Assembly: GCA_964449895.1 (NCBI GenBank)
Contig: CAYVBY010000002.1
Location: 41,119 to 105,118 of the forward strand
Direction: 5' to 3'
DNA: 64,000 nt
Origin: an uncultured Clostridium sp.
GTDB taxonomy: Bacteria > Bacillota > Clostridia > Peptostreptococcales > Peptostreptococcaceae
This document shows, piece by piece, positions 39,701 to 47,588 of this stretch. The translations under genes were made by a program, and so were the position numbers. The notes below the pieces were generated by a model, which did not search any database, had not been told where the DNA came from, and saw nothing but the letters and a program-made list of their open reading frames with translations. Position 1 is the first letter of the stretch, and the number at the start of each line of letters is the position of its first letter.

Positions 39701-41236
39701 GCTAACTTCATATACTTTTGTAAATGAGAATTTTTCTTTATTATTTTTCCATCCCAAATATCCATTTTCAGAACTTACTTTTGAATTTAATAGTGAAGCT
39801 ATTGTTGCATAATTTTCTTCTGTAGGTTCAAAATATTGACAATCTGTTGCCTTAGCTCCTCCACAATATCCAAATACTTTTCCAATATAGCTATTTCCTG
39901 TTATCTCTCCAGTTGTAATACAATTTGATACAGTTCCTCCTGCGTTATAACGGTCACCACCGAATATTCCGCCACCTTGTTCTATACTAAATACATTACC
40001 ACTGTTATAGCAGTTATCTATATGGCCACCCCAGAAAAATCCAGTTATTCCTCCAGAATATTTATATGAATATCTTGCTCCTTCTTGTACATAGCTATTT
40101 TGAACGCCTTCAAATACTTTTACTTCTCCTGTATTATAGCAGTTTTTAATATATGCATTTTCAAGATATACAGCTCCAGTTATTCCTCCTGCATCCCAAA
40201 CAGCTTCAACATAACCTGTATTATAACAGTTTTGAACTACACAATTTTGAGTCCAACCAGTTATTCCTCCAGCATCATAGTGACCATAAATTTTTCCAGT
40301 ATTATAACAATCAGATATGCTACATTCAGAAGAAGTTTTACCACAACAAACTCCTGCTATACCTCCAGAACCTTTCATTGTGTCATAAACTGAATCTTTT
40401 CCCCAACAATTTATAGTTCCACTATTAGAACATTTTTTAATATTTCCTTCATTATATCCTACTATACCACCCATAAAATCTTCAGCATCTATAGTAGCTA
40501 CGTTAGTACATCTTTCTACTGTACCTGAGTTTTTAGCAACAATACCACCAACATATTTTCCTGTAGCATTTACAACTACTTCACTGTCTATGTCTTGTAC
40601 TTTACCTTCATTAAATACAACAAGCGTACCAACATAATTTTTACCAGTTACTTTTCCTGATAATTTCAACTTTTTAATTGTACCTTTGTTGTATCCAAAT
40701 ATTCCTTGATTATCGCTATCAGATACTATTTTAATTCCTTTAATTGTATTGTTTTGACCATTAAAAGTCCCTTCAAAAGGATTTTCTTTTGTACCAATAG
40801 ATTCAATATCTAATCCATTAAAATTGATATCCGATTCTAAAACAATAGTTTTTCCTTTAAAACTATCTTGTACTTTGTTTCCTCCAGCATCTTCTGCTGT
40901 ACCATTAACGATTCTAGATAATAATACCAAATCGTCTTCTGTAGAAATTACAAAGCTTGTTTTTTCAGAATCATACCAACCAACTTTAACTGAAGTTGAT
41001 TTTGTAGCTTCTTCTGCTTGTTCTTTTTCTGTAGATTGTTCTTTTTGAACATCCTCTGTAGTTTCTTCAGTTTTTTCTATATCTTCTTCTGAAACTTGTG
41101 TATTTTCTTGAACTTTTTCTATTTCACTTTGTTCTATAGCATCTGCAACTACCATAAATAATGATGTTGAAGACATTGTTATAGCCATACAGATTGCCAT
41201 AAATATAGCAGATATAGATTTAAACTTCTTGTTCAT
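33794..41236 (-). CDS. 2480-aa secreted modular surface protein (4 GLUG-type beta-helix modules, PEGA/Ig-like repeats, DUF4430-like domain, InlB B-repeat, unknown C-terminal domain)
   Basis: Sec signal ending ADA; four WY...GKTI.L..DI module heads; many GGI.G...NCYN.G.V repeats; GTYTY.VS..GY repeats; TFDADNG...P.KEGYTFVGWY. Confidence 0.8.
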   Translation of the reverse strand: MNKKFKSISAIFMAICMAITMSSTSLFMVVADAIEQSEIEKVQENTQVSEEDIEKTEETTEDVQKEQSTEKEQAEEATKSTSVKVGWYDSEKTSFVISTEDDLVLLSRIVNGTAEDAGGNKVQDSFKGKTIVLESDINFNGLDIESIGTKENPFEGTFNGQNNTIKGIKIVSDSDNQGIFGYNKGTIKKLKLSGKVTGKNYVGTLVVFNEGKVQDIDSEVVVNATGKYVGGIVAKNSGTVERCTNVATIDAEDFMGGIVGYNEGNIKKCSNSGTINCWGKDSVYDTMKGSGGIAGVCCGKTSSECSISDCYNTGKIYGHYDAGGITGWTQNCVVQNCYNTGYVEAVWDAGGITGAVYLENAYIKNCYNTGEVKVFEGVQNSYVQEGARYSYKYSGGITGFFWGGHIDNCYNSGNVFSIEQGGGIFGGDRYNAGGTVSNCITTGEITGNSYIGKVFGYCGGAKATDCQYFEPTEENYATIASLLNSKVSSENGYLGWKNNKEKFSFTKVYEVSFGITPSDAKLIVKDSEGNILTSDDNIYTVPNGTYTYEVSKDEYATKTGEFTIDGANKSIGVKLAKLSSLWDGESADTTWYNESDSSFKISNNNQLAGLLKLTKEGNDFAGKTIVLSHDLDLNDKEWAGIGTFNGTFDGAGYAVKNINGSLFNNLGQKAIVVNACIEGNGSLVNNNNGRVENSYNLSDNNLVITNNATVKNCYVKSSKLVVKEGTQAVDSYYMYGNVYTEDDFANSKIADLLNKNVNTENNLYYSWDVVGKETKLFKLANATFDITGEGQDTSKAVFTLYDSDKNEIKENASKNYKVSDRKYKLSVGTYTYKITCTGYEDKTGTVKIKEADVNKSIKLNALFKITINTDPSDAVVVVKDSEGNKITANEDGSYYLTNGTYSYEVSKNKFYDKNDTFTVDSKDQEISVKLEQKFNVKFVVKPETTRNQEIKVYKENGELVEPKSEKTYELKKGKYTYKASAGGYDEVSGEFELVDTDLELTVTLTGAEYDISWYDSTKDSFEITNEKELAGLAAIVNGQTSYTETFKNKTIVLANDIKVSDKIGELLPIGSYKKKFQGTFNGNNHSIDININITDNSQYVGLFGCADGAKIYDLTVKGNVSAKSTYVGGIVGYAINSTVINNCINEANITGKGTVGGITGFINSDAIVSNCINKGNISGSDCCGGIVGNLSFNGYLDSCINEGNVSGESKIGGITGYILRAYYLINSYNKGQVTGTSDNSQQIGGIAGYTYRDQRYKTFVGNCYNLGEVKTSNEASGGIVGESYLTNIMNCYNIGNAKNEIIAKKSGSVTISNCYFLEKSENQGTTTEGIAKTKAEFENGDVAKLLNKGLTADNKFKDWKVDENKVTTFGENIAGMSFTLSPSDAKVELKDSEGNVIKPITEGVYSYYKNSLESGKTYTYTVSADRYEPQTKEITYDGNATTINVTLSYISTEVSFKSNVDDLSVLLYQKSNKKLVTANENGTYTLLPGDYYYYASSEKYPTVIKEFTVEPVKEATKVEIDVQMTSGYKVSFDSNATTKLKVTIKNSEGYQIPLSDDWSTYELLPGTYTYTAAADGFETISGSDCTFTVTDSDLDTISLSMNRIYDVDWYNTDKTEFTITTKDQLVGLVKITNGNTISIAKDNFAGKTIKLGNDIELNSSEFFNKDEEGNITVNGKPEVWTAIGAFQGTFDGQNYTISGLYNRVLFNSITNGTLKNLKVSGYMYKTGGGIINTCTNGTIENCVSNIDMDFGSSYATVGGIVSYLNGGTIVNCVNNGNIVDPTGGAGIVRQVSQNAVIKNCQNNGEITQKAKKNASVASIASTISSATIENCSNTANLKGQQVGGIVHTASTNAKVENCSNSGKVTSTSKYKAGGIAYTNYKATYNNNYYNSDYAELAIQNVTADVEGQNTGKTTEQYANGDVASLLNANVTAENGYKPWTTLDNDAVLAPENCNLIVNVNVKDVNIELKDAKGNIVKPASVVKNAALYSSLATSGVYTYTVSKDGFDTEKGTVTIKDGVNSVSIELGVTVYVTISKDGEFKLSSDESIAMSRVPVKVTNFDVTEYGYDDVYNSKTERPTLLNAFILTHKLYSEGVDAFNGIPNNSTAQGNDLYITKFWNEETTQLSYMVNNKFPGEWLEDQKIIWGSSADNIKLRSGDDVNVTMYTDYQIPMFYTYFKDSSITVRQGEKVDLELLGFNSADAYLNPESKGISGSTITIDGEDTNIVTDKNGKASISFDEVGTYTISAKNTDLTISDSKAVITAPVCTITVKEKALDITFDADNGTEPVVKTIEKGETLDFTPQAPVKEGYTFVGWYKDTDNITTEYKKGTKYTKNITYKAKWAHVEMLGAQGKLIVNDESGIRFGTKLYNDGDKIVEKGTLIIPANLLAKDEALTLNTPKVARSIGKVNYEVNQKENYVTYLGTIVGISKTQFERKMTAASYVIYKDKAGNEYTVYSPYKNGSISVFDLLGNDVGWKEEW

Positions 41237-41471
41237 TACAGACTCCTCCTTTTATTATAATTTTTAAATATAAGAAAATATGAAATAAAATTAGATATAT
41301 TTTTCTAATTTATACTTATTTTCTACATATTTCTTTAAGACAATTATAAAATAAAAGGAATTTATAAAAAGTATGATTTTTGGGGTAATTATTTTGCCAC
41401 TACTATAATTACTACTAATTACAAAAGTATAATTTTAGAATATATATATCTTCTACTGATACTATTTTTAC

Positions 41472-41522
41472 AACAAAAAAAGATACAAAATAAATTTTAT
41501 TCTATCTTGTATCTTTTTTGTT
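41472..41522. terminator. Strong terminator-like hairpin about 200 nt downstream of the MATE gene
   Basis: aacaaaaaaagatacaa / ttgtatcttttttgtt. Confidence 0.7.
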
Positions 41523-41716
41523 ATGTTTTTTTACTCTTACAAAATAACTTAAATCAAAAAATTTGTATTTTGGGAAGGGTTATAGAGTAACTGTATGTAA
41601 GATTTTGTTTCACAAAGTTTCACTATATTTAAAATACAACAAATTTAACTATTTGCAAAGTAGGATTTTAGGAGTGATACCTTAAATACAAAATTAGTAA
41701 CTCTAAATTTATACTT

Positions 41717-43069
41717 TTAGTACCAATAAAGTTTCCACTTACCACTTAAATATCTCCATACAAAAAACACTGCTCTAACAATCCAATCTATTGTCATTGC
41801 TACCCATACACCAAATACACCCCATCCCATGTATTTTCCTATAATGTAGCTAAATCCTATTCTAAAAATCCACATTGACAATACACTTACAACCATGCAA
41901 AATTTAACATCATTACATGCTCTAAGACTATTAGGTATTAAGAAAGATAAAGGCCATATTAGCATAGCAACTACTCCATGGTAAATTATAATATCCCTAG
42001 CCATTTTATGTGTTTCATAAGATAAGTTGTATAAATTTAAAATTTGATTTAATGCTATAAAAATAAACACATTAGTAATTAACATTCCTATATAAGCAAA
42101 TTTCATCATTTTTTTAGTGTAATATTTTGTTTGATATTCATCATTTGCTCCAACGCATTGAGATACTACAGCAATATCAGCTTGACCAATAGCCATAGCT
42201 GGAACTATTTGAAAAAGTGCTAAGCTATTGCTAACTGCATTTGCTGCAATTGATGCTGTTCCAAAACCTGCCACTAAATTTAAAATTACTATCTTTCCAA
42301 GTTGAAACATACTATTTTCAAGTCCATTAGGTACTCCTATATATAAAATTCGCTTTATCATTTTCTTATTAAAATGAAAGTTAAACTTTTCAGATAAATG
42401 AATTTGTAAATCTTTATTTCTAATAATATAAATTGCTATTATAGCTGCTAAATATCTAGAAACTACAGTTGGAATAGCAGCACCCATAACACCCATTTTT
42501 AATCCATAAATCATAATTGCATTACCTAAAAAATTGACACCATTCATAAGTAAAGATATTTTCATAGTTATTTTAGAATTTCCCATAGCTCTAAATAATG
42601 CTGCTGCACCATTATATACTGCTATACCTGGAATTGATAAAAATACTATTAACAAATAAATGTTTGCATGATTTACAACAATAGGTTCTAATTGACCAAA
42701 AACTTTATATAATATAAAATTTTTCAAAATATAACCTAAAATCATAATTGCAACTGAACTTATAAGTAAAAATGATACTAATTGATCTGCAGCTTCACAT
42801 GATTTTTTTTCATTTTTTTGACCTAAAAACTGTCCTGCAACTACTGCACCACCTGTTCCTAAAGCTGTAAAAACTTGTATTATAAGTATCATTATTGTAT
42901 CAACTAAAGATACAGCTGATACTGCTGCTTCTCCTACACTTGCAACCATAATTGAATCTACAAGACCTACAACTATCAAAAGAACCTGTTCTACAATTAA
43001 AGGCATTATTAATTTTTTTAAATCCGAATTAGAAAATAAATAATTTATTTTCTCATTACTTGCTTGCAT
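41717..43069 (-). CDS. MATE family transporter
   Basis: About 12 TMs, VDSIMVASVGEAAVSAVSLVD, FRAMGNSK, IGVPNGLENSMFQLG; start placed at 43069. Confidence 0.88.
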   Translation of the reverse strand: MQASNEKINYLFSNSDLKKLIMPLIVEQVLLIVVGLVDSIMVASVGEAAVSAVSLVDTIMILIIQVFTALGTGGAVVAGQFLGQKNEKKSCEAADQLVSFLLISSVAIMILGYILKNFILYKVFGQLEPIVVNHANIYLLIVFLSIPGIAVYNGAAALFRAMGNSKITMKISLLMNGVNFLGNAIMIYGLKMGVMGAAIPTVVSRYLAAIIAIYIIRNKDLQIHLSEKFNFHFNKKMIKRILYIGVPNGLENSMFQLGKIVILNLVAGFGTASIAANAVSNSLALFQIVPAMAIGQADIAVVSQCVGANDEYQTKYYTKKMMKFAYIGMLITNVFIFIALNQILNLYNLSYETHKMARDIIIYHGVVAMLIWPLSFLIPNSLRACNDVKFCMVVSVLSMWIFRIGFSYIIGKYMGWGVFGVWVAMTIDWIVRAVFFVWRYLSGKWKLYWY

Positions 43070-43244
43070 TAAAACCACTTCTTTCATTACTAAATATTTA
43101 ACATAAATATAGAGATGCTTTAAATAAAACATCTCTTTTTATCATTTTTGTAAAATTAGAAGCTATCAATATTTAAAATATCAATAGCCACCTAATTTTA
43201 TTTATTAATTATATACCTCTTGTTATATTTTTACAACTAAAGTC

Positions 43245-44531
43245 TTATAAAGTTGCTTTTAAAGCTTGGTCTAAATCCCAAATTAAGTCATTTATATCTT
43301 CTATACCAACTGACATTCTTATCATATCTGGTTTAACTCCTGCTGCTATTTGCTCTTCCTCGTTAAGTTGAGCTTGAGTAGTACTTGCTGGATGTATAAC
43401 TAGTGATTTGGCATCAGCAACATTTGCAAGATGAGAGAATATTTGAAGGCTTTCTATAAACTTCTTACCAGCTTCAAGACCACCTTTTATACCAAATGTA
43501 AATATTGAACCAGCTCCATTAGGGAAATATTTTTGACCTAAATCGTAGTATTTATTGTCTTTAAGTCCTGGATAATTAACCCATGCTACTTGAGGGTGGT
43601 TGTTTAAAAATTCAACTATAGCTTTCGTATTGCTTACATGTCTTTCAACTCTAAGTGATAAAGTTTCAAGTCCTTGTAATAGCATAAATGCACTAAATGG
43701 ACTTAAACAAGCTCCTGAATCTCTAAGCCATTGTACTTTTAATTTAGTTGCATAAGCTGCTTTACCTACATCTTTTGCATAATTTAAACCATTGTATGAC
43801 ATATCTGGTTCAGTTAAACAAGGGAATTTTCCACTACCTATCCAGTCAAAATTACCACTATCTACAACTACTCCACCTAAAGTAGTACCATGACCACCTA
43901 TAAATTTAGTAGCTGAATGAACAACTATATCTACTCCATGTTCAAACACTTTTATTAAATAAGGAGTCCCAAAAGTATTGTCTATCATAAATGGAATTTT
44001 ATTTTCATGAGCAATATGTGCTATAGCTTCTAAATCTACTATATTCATACCTGGATTGCTTATAGTTTCTGCATATACTAATCTAGTTTTATCATTTATA
44101 GCAGCTCTAAAGCTTTCTGGATCATCAGGATCTACAAAATTAACTTTTACACCTAATTTTGGAAGCATATTTGAAAGTAAATTATATGTTCCTCCATATA
44201 AAGTTGGTGCTGCAACTATCTCATCACCTGCTTGTATTATATTAAGTATTGCTGCATTTATAGCACCCATTCCAGAAGAGAAAGCCACAGCTCCTACTCC
44301 ACCTTCAAGTAAAGCCATTCTATCTTCAAATACTTGTACTGTTGGATTTGATATTCTTGAATAAATATGTCCTTCTTCTTTTAGTGCAAATAAATCTGCT
44401 CCGTATTGAACACTTTCAAAACAATATGATGATGTTTGATATATTGGAACTGCTCTAGCTCCTGTAGCAGAGTCTGGTTCTTGTCCTCCATGAATTTGTA
44501 ATGTACTAAAGCCCAATTTTCTATCTTCCAT
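43245..44531 (-). CDS. metY: O-acetylhomoserine/O-acetylserine sulfhydrylase
   Basis: [27 protein letters not shown] (PLP Lys), [19 protein letters not shown]; start at 44531 (GGAGG); SAM-I upstream. Confidence 0.88.
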   Translation of the reverse strand: MEDRKLGFSTLQIHGGQEPDSATGARAVPIYQTSSYCFESVQYGADLFALKEEGHIYSRISNPTVQVFEDRMALLEGGVGAVAFSSGMGAINAAILNIIQAGDEIVAAPTLYGGTYNLLSNMLPKLGVKVNFVDPDDPESFRAAINDKTRLVYAETISNPGMNIVDLEAIAHIAHENKIPFMIDNTFGTPYLIKVFEHGVDIVVHSATKFIGGHGTTLGGVVVDSGNFDWIGSGKFPCLTEPDMSYNGLNYAKDVGKAAYATKLKVQWLRDSGACLSPFSAFMLLQGLETLSLRVERHVSNTKAIVEFLNNHPQVAWVNYPGLKDNKYYDLGQKYFPNGAGSIFTFGIKGGLEAGKKFIESLQIFSHLANVADAKSLVIHPASTTQAQLNEEEQIAAGVKPDMIRMSVGIEDINDLIWDLDQALKATL

Positions 44532-44638
44532 TTTACTACCTCCGAAATAATTACCTAAATTTTTATTAATCATTTAACTAAAGAAATCTTTATTTTAAAA
44601 TCCTTTTAAAAATGTATATTTATTTCAAACACATATAC

Positions 44639-44695
44639 GGAAATTATATTTATCAACAATTTTTAAATGAATATAATTTCCTATGTGTCATAAAA
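44639..44695. repeat. Dispersed intergenic repeat, copy 2 (full palindromic form)
   Basis: ggaaattatatt (44639-44650) is the reverse complement of aatataatttcc (44670-44681); right part 44659-44695 matches copy 1. Confidence 0.8.
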
Positions 44696-44725
44696 AAGCT
44701 CTTTTATCAAAAGATAAAAGAGCTT
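44694..44725 (-). terminator. SAM-I expression-platform terminator
   Basis: aagctcttttatc-aaaa-gataaaagagctt hairpin followed by a U-run on the minus strand. Confidence 0.8.
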
Positions 44726-44739
44726 AAATATCCCATTCT

Positions 44740-44843
44740 CTCTTATCTTTCTTATGTAAAAAACATAAGTAGGATTTAGCACCTATCTAATATAGGTTGC
44801 TGGACTTCACAGGGCCTATTCCCTCCATCTCTCTTGATAAGAT
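44740..44843 (-). ncRNA. SAM-I (S-box) riboswitch
   Basis: CTTATCAAGAGAGATGGAGGGA..GGCCC.GTGAAGTCCAGCAACC...GGTGCTAAATCC...GATAAG on the minus strand. Confidence 0.95.
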
Positions 44844-44917
44844 TTTTATTTAGTTAATATATCATTTATTATATACTTAAAATTTTGCTTACACAACAAA
44901 TATATATAAATTTATTT

Positions 44918-45853
44918 TTATTTTTTTTCTGCAACTCTTAATTTTGCACTTCTTGAACGAGGATTTACCTCAACTTCTTCTTTGCTTGGAAGTATTGGTT
45001 TTCTAGTTATAACTTTTACCTCAGAAACTTTATCACACTGACAAATTGGAAGTTCAGGTGGACATACACAGCTAAGTGATAAATGTTTAAATTCATTTTT
45101 TACTATTCTATCTTCTAAAGAATGGAAAGTTATTATACAAATCCTTCCACCTTTATTCATCATAGAAACAGCATCATCTATCATTTTATTTATAACTCCA
45201 AGCTCATTATTTACTTCTATACGTATAGCTTGAAATGTTCTTTTAGCTGGATGAGGTCCATCTATTCTAGCTTTTTTAGGGATTGCTTTTTTAATTATAT
45301 CAACAAGCTCTCCTGTTTTTTCTATTGGCTTTTCACTACGACCTTCTACTATGAATTTTGCAATTCTCTTAGCCCAATTATCTTCACCATAATCTTTTAT
45401 TATTTTGGCAAGTTGTTCTTCTGAGTAAGTATTTACTACATCATAAGCAGAAAATGGCTGTCTAATATCCATTCTCATATCTAAAGGTGCATCATGCATA
45501 TATGAAAAACCTCTATCTGCTTCGTCTAATTGGTGAGATGAAACGCCTAAATCTGCCAAAACACCATCTATTTTATAAACACCTATTTTTTCTAATTCTT
45601 CTTTTATGTTAGAAAAATTACTATGAATAAATCTAACTCTATCAGAATAATCAGCTAATCTTTCTTTAGCTGTTGCTATAGCATTTTTATCTTGGTCAAA
45701 TCCTATAAAAAGACCGTCTTTTGAAAGTTTTTTTACTATTTCTTTAGAGTGTCCTGCTCCTCCCATAGTACAGTCTACATACACTCCATCTTCTTTTATA
45801 TTTAAATTTTCTATACATTCATTTAAAAGTACAGATACATGATGAAATTCCAC
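44918..45853 (-). CDS. rsmH: 16S rRNA m4C1402 methyltransferase
   Basis: [57 protein letters not shown]. Confidence 0.97.
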   Translation of the reverse strand: MEFHHVSVLLNECIENLNIKEDGVYVDCTMGGAGHSKEIVKKLSKDGLFIGFDQDKNAIATAKERLADYSDRVRFIHSNFSNIKEELEKIGVYKIDGVLADLGVSSHQLDEADRGFSYMHDAPLDMRMDIRQPFSAYDVVNTYSEEQLAKIIKDYGEDNWAKRIAKFIVEGRSEKPIEKTGELVDIIKKAIPKKARIDGPHPAKRTFQAIRIEVNNELGVINKMIDDAVSMMNKGGRICIITFHSLEDRIVKNEFKHLSLSCVCPPELPICQCDKVSEVKVITRKPILPSKEEVEVNPRSRSAKLRVAEKK

Positions 45854-45899
45854 TAAATTTTCTCTTCCTTTCTTTAAAACATACTATATAATCAATTTT

Positions 45900-46628
45900 T
45901 TATTTATTTTTTCTAGATAAAACATAATTAGAAATAATTCCAACAACTATAAATACAAGACTTATAACTTGTGCCATTTTAAGTGGTCCTAGCATAAGAG
46001 AATCTGTTCTCAGCCCCTCTATAAAAAATCTTCCTATAGAATATAAAATTACATAATTTATAAGAATTTTGCCCTCGTATTTTTGTTTTTTCCTAAATAA
46101 AAACAAAAATATAAATACTCCAACATTCCAAATAGATTCATATAAAAATGTAGGATGAACCTTTTGACCATCAATTAATATACCCCAAGGTAAATCAGTT
46201 GGACCTCCATGAGCTTCTTTATTTAGATAATTGCCCCATCTTCCAATTGCTTGAGCTAAAGGCAACCCTAAAACCACACAATCTGCTACTTTAAAGAAGT
46301 TTAATTTTTTTACTTTAGTATATATAAATCCTGCTAAAATACCAGCCAATAAACCTCCATGAATAGCCAATCCTCCACCTCTAAAATTTAAAATTTCAGA
46401 TAGATTTTGGCTGTAAAAAGACCAATTAAAAATCACATAATAGGCTCTAGCTCCTATTATTCCACATGGTATTGTTATCATTGCTAAATTTAAAATATCA
46501 TCTTCTTTTATATTAAGTCTTTTTGATTCTTTTAATGCAATAAAAGTAGCCGATAACATACCTATAGCTAATAGAATTCCATACCACATTATCTCAATTC
46601 CAAATAATGTGAATGCTACTCTATCCAT
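45900..46628 (-). CDS. lgt: Prolipoprotein diacylglyceryl transferase
   Basis: WYGIL, GGLAIHGG, QAIGRWGNY, HPTFLYES, EGLRTD. Confidence 0.95.
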   Translation of the reverse strand: MDRVAFTLFGIEIMWYGILLAIGMLSATFIALKESKRLNIKEDDILNLAMITIPCGIIGARAYYVIFNWSFYSQNLSEILNFRGGGLAIHGGLLAGILAGFIYTKVKKLNFFKVADCVVLGLPLAQAIGRWGNYLNKEAHGGPTDLPWGILIDGQKVHPTFLYESIWNVGVFIFLFLFRKKQKYEGKILINYVILYSIGRFFIEGLRTDSLMLGPLKMAQVISLVFIVVGIISNYVLSRKNK

Positions 46629-46639
46629 ATAAACACCTC

Positions 46640-47422
46640 TTATCTTCTAAATAATTTTTTTAAAAATCCTCTTTTTTCTGGTGATTTTTCAAGAGGTTCT
46701 TTTATAAGAATATCCTTATTATCTATAATACATTGAGCATTATTTATAAATAAATCATCAGCTAAATCTTTTGAGAATTTCTTTTCTATATATTCATAAG
46801 TTTCTTTAAGTAATGGGCGTCTTCTTCCAGAACCATGTGCATCACTTGAAACTAAATGTACCATATTTCTACTTATTAAAAGATTACAAAGCCTTTGAAG
46901 TTCTTTTCCATTTTTTCCCATGATGCTAGAACCATTAATCTGAATAATTGCACCAGTTTTTATACAATCATATATTATTTCTGGATCATCATGAACTTTG
47001 ATATATCTTTCCACATGAGCTAAAACAGGAATAAAGCCCTTTTGTTTTAATTCATACACAATATTACATAAGTTAGATGGAAAATTAGTTGGAGGAAACT
47101 CTATTAATATATATTTACTATTGTTTAGAGTATAAAAATCCAATTTTGAAATATTATCTATTAAATCATATGTAAAATAAATTTCATTTCCTATATATAT
47201 TTCTATATCTATTTCATTTTTATTTAATTCATTCTTAAATTCTTCATAAACCTTATTTAATTCTTGACCTTTCAAATATTTAAATTCAGGATGATAATGA
47301 GGTGTAGCAATAATCTTTTTTATTCCGTCTTCTTTAGCTATCATAGCCATCTCTATGGCTTCACCCATACATTTAGCTCCATCATCAACCTCTGGTAGTA
47401 TATGACAATGTAGATCTATCAT
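46640..47422 (-). CDS. CpsB/CapC/YwqE-type PHP-fold tyrosine phosphatase
   Basis: IDLHCHILP, ATPHY, GNEI, LAHVERY, SSDAH. Confidence 0.87.
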   Translation of the reverse strand: MIDLHCHILPEVDDGAKCMGEAIEMAMIAKEDGIKKIIATPHYHPEFKYLKGQELNKVYEEFKNELNKNEIDIEIYIGNEIYFTYDLIDNISKLDFYTLNNSKYILIEFPPTNFPSNLCNIVYELKQKGFIPVLAHVERYIKVHDDPEIIYDCIKTGAIIQINGSSIMGKNGKELQRLCNLLISRNMVHLVSSDAHGSGRRRPLLKETYEYIEKKFSKDLADDLFINNAQCIIDNKDILIKEPLEKSPEKRGFLKKLFRR

Positions 47423-47488
47423 ATAAGCTCCTCCTCTCTTTAAGTAAATTATGAAAATATCATTGTTATTATATCAAGTTATTTATAA

Positions 47489-47530
47489 AAATAAAAGTTG
47501 TAGAAATAAATTTACTACAACTTTTATTTT
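47489..47530 (-). terminator. Hairpin terminator after the M16 peptidase pair
   Basis: aaaataaaagttgtag / ctacaacttttatttt. Confidence 0.7.
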
Positions 47531-47588
47531 AGCTTATTAGAAATAATATCATTTATTAAAATTATAAATAAATATAATTTTTTTATGT

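Noticed and set aside
41237-41716. Cobalamin or c-di-GMP riboswitch upstream of the giant surface protein
   Set aside because: No B12-box/GGGAA..GGTG..ACTG core, and no GGCAAA...GACGCAAA (class I) or class II signature on either strand
25627-44917. Accessory block as an ICE, prophage or transposon
   Set aside because: No integrase, transposase, phage or conjugation gene and no flanking att-like direct repeat seen
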